Of a stretch of DNA of 64,000 nt, positions 19,815-28,426 are shown in pieces. The stretch is from NCBI GenBank assembly GCA_965207885.1, contig OZ242311.1, positions 4,640,001-4,704,000 on the forward strand, written 5' to 3'. Source of the stretch: Candidatus Latescibacterota bacterium (GTDB taxonomy: Bacteria > Latescibacterota > UBA2968). The position numbers and the translations under genes were made by a program. How positions within the stretch are numbered: position 1 is the stretch's first letter; each line of letters begins with the position of its first letter. A model generated the notes under the pieces. It was given only the letters and a program-made list of their open reading frames with translations, did not search any database and was not told the origin of the DNA.

Positions 19815-19890
19815 AGCCCAGGCGGTCGGCATGTGATATAGTCCAGCGTTTCCTCGTGGTTATTTCCACTTTTCCGCCAGTTACACTGGA
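19815..19890 (-). ncRNA. ZMP/ZTP (pfl) riboswitch upstream of folD
   Basis: Minus strand CCAGTGTAACTGGCGGAAAAGTGGAAATAACCACGAGGAAACGCTGG...GCCGACCGCCTGGGC matches the pfl consensus (ACUGGCGG, GUGG/CCAC stem, 3' GCCGACCGCCUGGGC); followed by a GCCTGGGC/GCCCGGGC hairpin and U-rich tract; folD is a canonical target. Confidence 0.9.
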
Positions 19891-19961
19891 GATTTCTATA
19901 AATTTAAGGGATTTGTGCAGACAATCCAAATCTTTTTTGGCATTTTACCAGCCCGTATTTT

Positions 19962-21371
19962 TTAAAGGGAAATTGGGTGCTCGAAATCTCTTTCCATTGT
20001 TTCGGGGAGTTGATAGACGTTGCCTTTTTTGTCGCAGAAGTAAAGGCAGGATTTGGATGCACGTCGCGCATTGCCGTCGGCCCAGAGGGCGTAGAAGTCG
20101 GGGTGAGCATTGACGGGGCTTCGGGCATAGGTGTGGTTGCGCATGCTGTTTTGCGTGAGTTGTACGACGCGCTCCCACGTTTGTCCACTGCGTTCCCACA
20201 TCGCCATTTCCCCGCCGGGATTGTAGGGTTGTGGCCCGGTTTCTGTGGGGGCGATGACGCGCCAGGTGCCGTCAGTTTCGAGGTAGAGGGATCCCATGTC
20301 GTAGTTGCTGTCGGATGTGGTGATGGGGTGGGCGTGCCAGTCGCTTCCCGTCCATTGCAATAGGGTCCAGGTGCGCGGGTCATTTTCCGGTCCCGATTCA
20401 TAACCTTTGCTGGTGATGACGAGGATGACGGGATTTCCCTGTGGGTCGAGGCGAATGTCTTTGAGATAGACTTTTCGTCCTTCGGCTGCGTAATCGCGCA
20501 CGAGGGCGTTGTTGTGTGGGGTTGTGAGTGGGACTTCAACGGGTTCACCGGCTGCGTTTTGCCATGTTTGTCCAAAGTCGGGGGTTTCGAGATAGTAGAG
20601 GTTGGTGCGCCAGTTTACGCCGAGAGGGTCGGGGTGATAGTTAAAGGCTGTGACGGCTTTTTGGCTGGAGCATATACTGATTTGATAATGTCCTTTTTCG
20701 ATGGCGGCCAGGCGCGTCCATTCAGACCATTTGACGCCGTTTGGGCTGGTCGTGAAGAAGAGGGTGCGGTCGGCCGGGTCTTTGTAGCGGGTGACAAAGT
20801 TGATGAAACCGCGACCGGGTAAGTGCCAGGCTTGCATGTAGGAGAAGTTGTCCATGGGCTGTTCTTCGCCATTGAAGCGATAGGTTGCGTCAATTTGTTC
20901 AAATTCGTCAATGGCGTAGGGTTTTGCGCTTCGGTGGATATACGAGGGGCGCGATAAGCCGTGTGCGGTTGAGAAGATCCAGATATAGCCGTCGTCGTCT
21001 ATGGATATGACGGGGTTGTCGTGGGCATCGGCTGTGTTTTTGTCGAGGAGGATGGTGGGGCGGGGAACCTGTCGGGTTTTGTGGTCAAAGTAGGAGATCA
21101 TGTGCAGGAGAAAGCCGCTGCGATTGCGCGCGAACGAGCGGTCGCCATTGAGGTCTTCTTTGCTGTGTTTGAGGTGTGCGTCAAGGGGGGTGCCGCCGTA
21201 ACAGAAGAAGGTTTTTTCGACTTCGGGACGGTACACGGCAAAGGGGCGGTGTTTGGCACAGTACGTGCCCAATCCGCCGCTGTATTTGTACACGTATTCA
21301 TCGCCGGATGGCTGGTTGTAATACCATATTCCGCGGTAGCCCGTGTCTTTTTGGTTTAAGGTTAGGGTCAT
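19962..21371 (-). CDS. BNR_4-repeat beta-propeller protein (putative carbohydrate-active)
   Basis: DAHDNPVISIDDDGYIWIF motif, Asp-box-like TSPNGVKW and TPDFGQTW; probable start MTLTLNQK after GGAG. Confidence 0.7.
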   Translation of the reverse strand: MTLTLNQKDTGYRGIWYYNQPSGDEYVYKYSGGLGTYCAKHRPFAVYRPEVEKTFFCYGGTPLDAHLKHSKEDLNGDRSFARNRSGFLLHMISYFDHKTRQVPRPTILLDKNTADAHDNPVISIDDDGYIWIFSTAHGLSRPSYIHRSAKPYAIDEFEQIDATYRFNGEEQPMDNFSYMQAWHLPGRGFINFVTRYKDPADRTLFFTTSPNGVKWSEWTRLAAIEKGHYQISICSSQKAVTAFNYHPDPLGVNWRTNLYYLETPDFGQTWQNAAGEPVEVPLTTPHNNALVRDYAAEGRKVYLKDIRLDPQGNPVILVITSKGYESGPENDPRTWTLLQWTGSDWHAHPITTSDSNYDMGSLYLETDGTWRVIAPTETGPQPYNPGGEMAMWERSGQTWERVVQLTQNSMRNHTYARSPVNAHPDFYALWADGNARRASKSCLYFCDKKGNVYQLPETMERDFEHPISL

Positions 21372-21485
21372 GTTTTGCTCCTTTGGAAGAATAGTGGCAG
21401 AGGGTAAAAAAAGGGAAAAGGAAATTCTCGTCAAGTTTCTTGACAAAATTTGGTTTCCTGGCTTCATTGAAAAAATAAGTGCCAT

Positions 21486-21511
21486 GTAGGGGCAGGCTCC
21501 CGTGCCCGCCC
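21486..21511 (+). repeat. GTAG-type REP-like palindrome
   Basis: GTAGGGGCAGGCTCCCGTGCCCGCCC: GTAG followed by an imperfect GGGCAGGC/GCCCGCCC hairpin. Confidence 0.5.
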
Positions 21512-21530
21512 GCTCTTAGAAAGGATTATT

Positions 21531-22283
21531 ATGTCGAATTCCACGATTGATGTGTTGATGTCGCACAGGAGTATTCGAAGGTTTGAAGATCGGCCATTGC
21601 CCGATGGGGTGTTGGAGAGTCTGATTCGGTGCGGGCAGCAGGCGAGTACGTCGAGCAATTTGCAGGCTTATACGGCGATTCATGTGGCTGATCCCGAGCG
21701 AAAAAAGAAGTTGGCCGAGTTGTGTGCCGATCAGGTGCAGATTCATCAGAGTGCGGCATTTTTGGCTTTTTGTGCGGATTTGCATCGGGATCGGATGGCG
21801 AATCAGATGCACGGGGTTGAGCGATTTGATGGGGATTATGTCGAGGCGTTGATGATTGCGACGGTGGATGTTGCGCTGATGATGCAGAATGTGGCGATTG
21901 CGGCGGAGTCTATGGGTTTGGGTATTTGTATGATTGGGGCGATGCGGAATAATCCAAAGGCTGTGGGTGAATTACTCGGTTTGCCGCCTTATGTTGTGGC
22001 TGTGTCGGGATTTTGTGTTGGTTATCCAGCGCAGGAACCAGAGGTGAAACCACGCTTGCCCCTCGATGCGGTGTTGCATCGGGAGCGCTATCTGGACGAT
22101 GAGACGCATTCCGCGATTATGAAGGATTACGATGAGAAGATGGTGGAATTTTATGCGTCACAGGGAATGCACGAAGGAGATCAACGCTGGACGACGGTGG
22201 TGGGAGGACGCACCGGGCAATTTCATGTGCGTGAGGAACTGGACGAGTTTCTGACAGCGCAGGGGTTTAAGTTGCGGAGGTGA
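21531..22283 (+). CDS. NADPH-dependent flavin oxidoreductase (NfsA/NfrA family nitroreductase)
   Basis: HRSIRRF, ASTSSNLQ, AAESMGLGICMIGAMR, KPRLP. Confidence 0.9.
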   Translation: MSNSTIDVLMSHRSIRRFEDRPLPDGVLESLIRCGQQASTSSNLQAYTAIHVADPERKKKLAELCADQVQIHQSAAFLAFCADLHRDRMANQMHGVERFDGDYVEALMIATVDVALMMQNVAIAAESMGLGICMIGAMRNNPKAVGELLGLPPYVVAVSGFCVGYPAQEPEVKPRLPLDAVLHRERYLDDETHSAIMKDYDEKMVEFYASQGMHEGDQRWTTVVGGRTGQFHVREELDEFLTAQGFKLRR

Positions 22284-22392
22284 AGGTACGAGACGGTGGG
22301 ATAATGGAATTGGAAAAGCACTTGACCGAATTTCAAGCGTGTATTATATACGCTTGTGACTCGGAAACGAATAACTATACAAGGAGGACCAG

Positions 22393-23040
22393 ATGAAAGT
22401 GCTGATTTTGTCAGGGCCGAACCATCGGTTTGATGCAAGTGCCGAGGTTATCAATGGGTTTTTGGGTGCTGAGGACGATTTGTCTGTGGCGCTTGAAGAC
22501 AATAAGGATGTGCTGACTTCAGACGCTTTGGACGATTTTGATGTGCTGGTACACGGTACGGGATTTACGCGCACAGAGCGGGATGCAGATGGGACGGTGA
22601 ATCGCTTGCCGGATTTGACGCCTGAGCAAGAAGAGGGATTGTTCGATTTTGTGGCGGGTGGCAAAGGTCTGGTGGGTATTCACGGTACGGCATGGTGGAT
22701 TGGTGGGAGAGCGGTGGATTTGATCGGCGGGCACGCAAACTGGCATCCGCCGGGATTGACGTTTACCGTGAATATTGCGGATAACGCGCACCCCATTACA
22801 CAGGGGGTCGATGATTTTGAAGTGGAAGACGAGATTTATATGTCGGCATGGGATCCCGCCGTCCATATTTTGGCAACCGCGGATTGGAGCGATAAGCAGC
22901 ATCCCATGGCATGGGTGAAAGATTATGGCGAAGGACGGGTATTTTACACGACTCTGGGACACGGGCCAGGTACATTTGAGCGGGCGGGGATGCAGCAACT
23001 GGTTACGCAGGGCGTGAAGTGGGCTGGAGGGAACTCGTAA
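22393..23040 (+). CDS. ThuA-domain protein
   Basis: GGKGLVGIH, HPIT, EDEIY, YGEGRVFYTTLGH. Confidence 0.85.
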   Translation: MKVLILSGPNHRFDASAEVINGFLGAEDDLSVALEDNKDVLTSDALDDFDVLVHGTGFTRTERDADGTVNRLPDLTPEQEEGLFDFVAGGKGLVGIHGTAWWIGGRAVDLIGGHANWHPPGLTFTVNIADNAHPITQGVDDFEVEDEIYMSAWDPAVHILATADWSDKQHPMAWVKDYGEGRVFYTTLGHGPGTFERAGMQQLVTQGVKWAGGNS

Positions 23041-23690
23041 TGCTTAGATTTGCCGAAGAACTCTTGCTTCTGACACTCGATGACGAGAATGGGAGGTTTG
23101 CGCGCGTGCCAGACCGGCTGATGCGGTACGCGCTGGCTGGCGGTGTGTTGATGGATTTGGCGCTGGAGAATCGGATTGATACGGATCTCAAAAATCTGAT
23201 TCTCGTCGATTCGACTCCGCTTCAGGATAGCTTGCTTGATCCGACGCTGGCGGATATTGCCCAGGCGGACGATACTAAAGATGCGCGCTTTTGGGTGGAA
23301 CGCACCGCGCTTCGCGCAGATACGATTCGAGAAGTGGCACTCAATCGGCTCGTAGAACAGGGTATTCTCAAGCGCGAAGAGGATCGGTTCATGTGGGTAT
23401 TCCAGGCGCGGCGCTATCCCATTGTTGACAATACGGCCGAGCGCGAGGTTAAGCTGAGGATTATGGAGGTGTTGTTTAGCGACCAGATCCCCGGTCCGCG
23501 CGATGTCGTGATTATTGGCCTGGCACATGCGTGCGATATTTTCAAGGAGATTCTGTCCGCACGAGAACTGGCGCGTGTTTCAGATCGAATTGATCAGGTG
23601 CGAAAGCTGGATTTGATCGGTCAGGCTATGTCGCAGGCGATTACAGATATCGAGCTGTCGCTCGCCCTCGCCGTGCAGATGATGCCGTGA
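23040..23690 (+). CDS. GPP34/GOLPH3-family protein
   Basis: MLRFAEELLLLTLDD...LAGGVLMDLALENRI...L-V-E-x-G-I-L...RRYP pattern; ATG overlaps the ThuA stop (TAATG). Confidence 0.8.
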   Translation: MLRFAEELLLLTLDDENGRFARVPDRLMRYALAGGVLMDLALENRIDTDLKNLILVDSTPLQDSLLDPTLADIAQADDTKDARFWVERTALRADTIREVALNRLVEQGILKREEDRFMWVFQARRYPIVDNTAEREVKLRIMEVLFSDQIPGPRDVVIIGLAHACDIFKEILSARELARVSDRIDQVRKLDLIGQAMSQAITDIELSLALAVQMMP

Positions 23691-23763
23691 GAAGTGTGAA
23701 GGGGATTAGTCGTAGGGGCCCTTGTGGTCCCCCGCGACTATGAGCTATTATGTTAAGCAATAG

Positions 23764-23803
23764 AAAAGCCGCTTTGCTGAAGTCCCAGCAAGGCGGCTTT
23801 TTT
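23764..23803. terminator. Bidirectional terminator between GPP34 and DUF1330 genes
   Basis: AAAAGCCGCTTTGCTG...CAGCAAGGCGGCTTTTTT. Confidence 0.75.
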
Positions 23804-23829
23804 GAGGTCCCGCTGTAGTGAGGCAGAAG

Positions 23830-24117
23830 TTACACGCCTTCGGCGATTATCACGGAGGCGGTGGCGGACCTCAGGCGGATCTCTTTGAGTCTGGCGTATT
23901 CCGGGGAATTTAGCCACGTCCTCGCCTGTTCAACGCTGTCGAATTCTACCACTACCATGCGGTCGGGTATCCAATCGCCCTCTATCGCCTCAGTGACACC
24001 GCCTCGCACCAGGTATTTGCCGCCGTGAGCCTCAACGGTCGCTGCAATCCCTTTTTGAAACTCAGCGAAGACAGCCTGGTCCGTTATTCCGTTATTCAAA
24101 ATTACATATCCAGCCAT
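23830..24117 (-). CDS. DUF1330-domain protein
   Basis: HGGKYLVRGG...EG-W...VVVEFDS-E-A--W--SPEY signature. Confidence 0.88.
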   Translation of the reverse strand: MAGYVILNNGITDQAVFAEFQKGIAATVEAHGGKYLVRGGVTEAIEGDWIPDRMVVVEFDSVEQARTWLNSPEYARLKEIRLRSATASVIIAEGV

Positions 24118-24207
24118 GTTGACTTCTCCTTTTATGTGAGTACTGCGTAGATGGTAATGCCGATTTTACTATAAGCAAGAATCTAAAGTTTTTGTCAACA
24201 CCCTTTT

Positions 24208-25263
24208 TTATGGATATTTGGTGTCGCTCGTATCCTCAATGGGTCCGTCTCTGGTTTGCAATCGCATCCCGGTGTTATTGGCGCGCGTGCTCCAGACTTG
24301 CCCCGAGATGGCAGCGTGCTTCCGTAAGGCTGTTAGCAACTGCGCCTTGACTACATCATCTGAGGTCTCATCGGCGTCAAAGAATCCGAAGACTGTGGAT
24401 CCAGTTGACGAAAGGCCACACCCAACAATGCCGGCCACCTCGTTAAACCCGCGCCGAACCGCCTGAAGCGGGGCGAGTTCTGGTCGCTCCCAATGTCGCC
24501 GCTTCCAGCCAGTCTCCTGCAGGGCACTCACTGATGATCCAAACGCCGGCAGGTCGAACTCCAGGATCGCGGACAGGAGTTGCATCAGGATCACATGCGA
24601 CACCGCTTGAACCTCATTCAGTGGTATCGGTGTGTTAGCGACCATGAATTCAAGTTCTCGCTGGCCCGATAGCCCGCCCAAATCCCGAGGTCTGAACAGG
24701 ACCACGCCCCAGTGAACTGGAAATTCGTAGCGAAGTAAGAGAGGCGGTTGACGCACATCGCGGGCAAAGCGGCTGGGCGCAAAGAAGTCCTTATCCCGGT
24801 CAACGGAGTGGCCGCCATCCAGTAGCAGACCGCCCCATTGGAATGCACCAATGCCGATGCCCGACGTACCCCCTCGCGTCGATATTTCTGTCAGTTTGGA
24901 CTGTGACAGGTTCAGTTCGAAGCAGTGATTCAGTGCCGCCAGCAAGGACAGCCTCCACTGGGTACCCGAACCAAGCCCATGATGGGGAGGGATCGTCTCG
25001 CGGATAACGACCTGCAAGGCTGGATCAACATCCAGCAACTCGCTGCTGGATATGAGTTCTCTCATCACGAACTTTCGTAGCCTGGCGTCGCCACCACGCA
25101 CGTTGGCGTGCCCGTGGGAGCAGAAGTCGAACACGATTCCCGGTTGTTCCAGCGCAACGCCGAGACCGCCGTCGATGCGACCCAGTTGACCGTTCATGTC
25201 AACGAGCGTGAAATGCAAACGCGACGGGGTGCGAATGCGATTGTGAGTGAAGGTTGAGGACAT
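24208..25263 (-). CDS. Beta-ribofuranosylaminobenzene 5'-phosphate (beta-RFAP) synthase family, GHMP kinase fold
   Basis: TPSRLHFTLVDMNG..GRIDGGLGVAL, PPHHGLGSGTQ, RGGTSGIGI..F..GG..LDGGH, GLSSTG; start uncertain (ORF extends to 25368). Confidence 0.85.
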   Translation of the reverse strand: MSSTFTHNRIRTPSRLHFTLVDMNGQLGRIDGGLGVALEQPGIVFDFCSHGHANVRGGDARLRKFVMRELISSSELLDVDPALQVVIRETIPPHHGLGSGTQWRLSLLAALNHCFELNLSQSKLTEISTRGGTSGIGIGAFQWGGLLLDGGHSVDRDKDFFAPSRFARDVRQPPLLLRYEFPVHWGVVLFRPRDLGGLSGQRELEFMVANTPIPLNEVQAVSHVILMQLLSAILEFDLPAFGSSVSALQETGWKRRHWERPELAPLQAVRRGFNEVAGIVGCGLSSTGSTVFGFFDADETSDDVVKAQLLTALRKHAAISGQVWSTRANNTGMRLQTRDGPIEDTSDTKYP

Positions 25264-25370
25264 CGGCAGCCTCTGTGGAAATGGTCGAGCAACGGGTGCT
25301 GGATACGAAGCTGTGGTAACGCAGAAGTTATTCGACGATGATAGATTTGATTTTGTGTGTTCTGTCAATA

Positions 25371-27131
25371 CTATCGCGAGCCATCGACTTGTACTGTAAT
25401 AATGTCTATGCCGTGATATTTCCGGTGGCGCACAGAAGACGCGTAATGCCGCAACAGGCGGAACGATATCTCGCTTTCTTCCGGAACTTCGACCTGTTCG
25501 CTCAGGTACGCCAGTTGGTCTTCGATGTTCTCCTCCTCGAAGACCGCCAGGAACTCTATCTCTATTGTCCCGTTGTTGGGACGCGCAAAGAGGATCAACT
25601 TCGGCGCATTATCAGCCGTGTAGTTACCCCCCAGCTGTAACAGACTCGACAGTGCCTCCTCACCGGCGGCACGCAGCCGCTCCGTCGAAGCATCATTCCA
25701 GCCGATCCTGGAAGCGAGGTCGCGGAGTAATGCGTCAATCCTGGGCAGAGCGGAGATGTCCAACGCGGTCTCCAGGCGTCTGCGCCTCGGGTTGGTCAGC
25801 TCTGTGAATGAGGTCATCAGAATCGCAGCCAGAACGCCGGCTGTCATGCCGTTGCCGAGTGACGCGCCCCACGTCTGGCCCAGCAGGTCCAGGAAGATGT
25901 TCTGATTCTCCAGGCCCACTCCTATTGAGAGTGCCAGGCCCACCGACAGAGCCTTTCGATGATCGAGACCGTCCTGAAAGACTGTCCTCATACCTTCCAC
26001 GAAGAGCAGCCCCATTATCATCAACAGGAAAGCTCCCATGACGTGACTGGGAATTGTGAGCAGGATAGTCGCCGCCTTGGGCAAGAACGCCAGTCCGAAT
26101 AAGATGCCCCCAATAATATATCCAACGCTGCGTGCTGCGACTCCAGTGAGGGTGATGAGCGACACGCAGGAAGGCGAATAGATTATAGTGGGTAGCGTTC
26201 CCGCAATTCCGGATAGCAGCGCGCCCAGTCCGTTGGTGTTGAGTGTGCCCTGGACCAGGCGGAAATCGGTCGCCTGTGGCCTGCGTCGCGAAATCTGTTG
26301 TATGACAACGCTATCGCCACTGGTCTTGATGGCGACTACGAGACTCACAATCACGAACACCGGCAGAAGTGCCCAGAACTCCGCACCCGGTCTCAGGTCG
26401 AGCCCCGCCCATACTGCGATATCCGGCAGGTCAAACCAGGGTGCTTCGATTATTCGCCGAGCATCGTACAGTCCGAAGTATGCGGCGACCGCGCAACCCG
26501 TTGCGATTCCGATAAGTGGCGACCACAGCCGCCAAATCCCTGAAGCGCGCAGTGCCAGTGCTACGGCGACGATCAGTGTCACTGCAGCACTGACTATACC
26601 CGCGGCCAGAGGCACCCCTTCGGGTACTTCTTTCAGCCCGTCGAATGCGATTGTCATGACTGTGACTGCTATCAGCATGAGCGCTGTGCCTGAGACGACC
26701 GGCGTGATGATGCGCCGCAGCAGCGGGAGCCAGGCGGCCAGCGCGAACTGCATTAGTGACGACACGACGATGAGACTCGCCAGCATGGACAGGTCGCCCT
26801 CCTTTAGCGCCAGGACAGAGATCGCTATGAAGTGAGGTCCGGCACCTGTCATGAGCACCTGCCCAGATCCCAGCCGTCCGACCCGACTAGCCTGTAGCGC
26901 AGTAATAACGCCACCGATTATAAGCGAGGAAAAGATGGCCCACGATAGGTAGTGATCACTCTGGCCGGCCGCACGGAAGATAATGGTTACAAACAACACC
27001 GTGTTGGCCAGAGTAAGCATGACACCCTGAAAGGCGACACCAATCGACACTGAGGGAGGACACCGCTCGTCAGGCTCGTATTGAATGGTTTCATTTTTGT
27101 GCGCTATACTCAAAGATAGCTCCCAATTCAA
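25371..27131 (-). CDS. NCS2 (xanthine/uracil permease family) transporter fused to a C-terminal degenerate HATPase/RsbW-like domain
   Basis: N-terminal Y-x-P-D-E-x-x-P, LQA...G, ITPVVSG, LTGVAAR, AFLPK typical of NCS2; last ~140 aa are soluble and align by eye with the RsbW at 33831-34253. Confidence 0.8.
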   Translation of the reverse strand: MNWELSLSIAHKNETIQYEPDERCPPSVSIGVAFQGVMLTLANTVLFVTIIFRAAGQSDHYLSWAIFSSLIIGGVITALQASRVGRLGSGQVLMTGAGPHFIAISVLALKEGDLSMLASLIVVSSLMQFALAAWLPLLRRIITPVVSGTALMLIAVTVMTIAFDGLKEVPEGVPLAAGIVSAAVTLIVAVALALRASGIWRLWSPLIGIATGCAVAAYFGLYDARRIIEAPWFDLPDIAVWAGLDLRPGAEFWALLPVFVIVSLVVAIKTSGDSVVIQQISRRRPQATDFRLVQGTLNTNGLGALLSGIAGTLPTIIYSPSCVSLITLTGVAARSVGYIIGGILFGLAFLPKAATILLTIPSHVMGAFLLMIMGLLFVEGMRTVFQDGLDHRKALSVGLALSIGVGLENQNIFLDLLGQTWGASLGNGMTAGVLAAILMTSFTELTNPRRRRLETALDISALPRIDALLRDLASRIGWNDASTERLRAAGEEALSSLLQLGGNYTADNAPKLILFARPNNGTIEIEFLAVFEEENIEDQLAYLSEQVEVPEESEISFRLLRHYASSVRHRKYHGIDIITVQVDGSR

Positions 27132-28408
27132 ACTAATTTCGCAGGATCGTTGATGCGCGCGCCTTCGGGGGCAGGGACTGAGCCTGCCAGCAGTGGGTCG
27201 TCGGTTGTTTCCATCCAGGTTTGGAGGCGATGGCGCAGGTCGTCTAACGCGTCCTGATATTTGGGATCAGAGGCGAGATTGTTGGTCTCATATGGGTCAA
27301 AAATGAGGTCGTAGAGTTGTTCCGGGGGCTGGTTTTTCTGCCGCCAGCCCTGGGCGAGAAAGTAGGATTTGCTGGGACTGCCGTCGCAGTTGATGTCACC
27401 GGGACGCAGTGTGGGATACCAGTGGCGGATGTATTTCCATTTTTTTGTGCGTATGGCGCGTTGCGGGTCGTAATAGCTGTGGTAGTTGATTTCTGCAAAA
27501 ATTTCATCGTGGATTTCATCTGTTTCTTCGCGGATGAGTGGCAGTATGGATTTGCCTTGCAGCCAGTCTGGATGGTCTATGCCGATTACATCGCACAAGG
27601 TGGGGAAGAGGTCAGTTTGTGAGACCATTCCATCGATGACTTTGCCGCCTGAAAAACCCGGTCCGCGCATGATGAGCATGACGCCGATGCCGTGATCGGT
27701 GAGGTTGCATTTCATCATGGGAAATGCGATGCCGTGATCTGTGGTGCTTATGACGATGGTGTTGTCTGAGAGCTTGGCACTATCTATGGCGTCGAGGACG
27801 CGCCCGACTTCGGTATCGAGGATGCGAACGCAGGTTTTGTATGCAGCGGTGTCGTATCGAGTTTCGGGGGTGTCGGGTAAGGGCGCAGGGGGTATGCAAT
27901 AGCGCGGGTCGTCTCCGGGACCCGGTTCGGGGAAGCTGCGGTGGGTGACGGTATATCCGACGTCGAGGAAGAAGGGCTTGTCGTGAGACCGGTTGAGAAA
28001 TGCAATGGCCGCGTCGGAGGTCGCGCGTTGATTTTTCGCTGTGTCGAATATTTCGTCATAACCGATTTCCGAGGGATCGGCTGCTGGGGGACGGCCGACG
28101 TGCTGAAAACCCGATAGTGCGGTTGTGTAACCCGCTTTTTTGAGGGTGTGAACGAGGTGATGGCTGTAATCGTTGAGCCGAAATCCGCGGTGGGCAAGTC
28201 CCAGCATGCCACAACTGTGAGGCCATTGTCCAGTCAGGAGTGCGGCTCGGCTCGGCGAGCAGGTTGGGTTGGCGCAAAATGCCTGGCGAAAGAGAACGCC
28301 CTGTTCGGCGAGGCGCTGAAAATTTGGGGTGGGCATGGCATGTCCAAAGGGCTGAATGTAGCGACCCGTGTCGTGAGAGTGGATGTAGAGGATGTTTGGA
28401 TGAGACAT
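27128..28408 (-). CDS. Sulfatase (N-sulfoglucosamine sulfohydrolase-like)
   Basis: PNILYIHSHD, CSPSRAALLTG, TTDHG, LYDL..DP.E..NL. Confidence 0.9.
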   Translation of the reverse strand: MSHPNILYIHSHDTGRYIQPFGHAMPTPNFQRLAEQGVLFRQAFCANPTCSPSRAALLTGQWPHSCGMLGLAHRGFRLNDYSHHLVHTLKKAGYTTALSGFQHVGRPPAADPSEIGYDEIFDTAKNQRATSDAAIAFLNRSHDKPFFLDVGYTVTHRSFPEPGPGDDPRYCIPPAPLPDTPETRYDTAAYKTCVRILDTEVGRVLDAIDSAKLSDNTIVISTTDHGIAFPMMKCNLTDHGIGVMLIMRGPGFSGGKVIDGMVSQTDLFPTLCDVIGIDHPDWLQGKSILPLIREETDEIHDEIFAEINYHSYYDPQRAIRTKKWKYIRHWYPTLRPGDINCDGSPSKSYFLAQGWRQKNQPPEQLYDLIFDPYETNNLASDPKYQDALDDLRHRLQTWMETTDDPLLAGSVPAPEGARINDPAKLV

Positions 28409-28426
28409 TGCATTCTCCTGTGATTG

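Noticed and set aside
23707-23740. GTAGGGG-containing hairpins here and at 57740-57772 as one REP family with 21486
   Set aside because: Sequences diverge beyond GTAGGGG; cannot show they are the same element, more likely simple stem-loops
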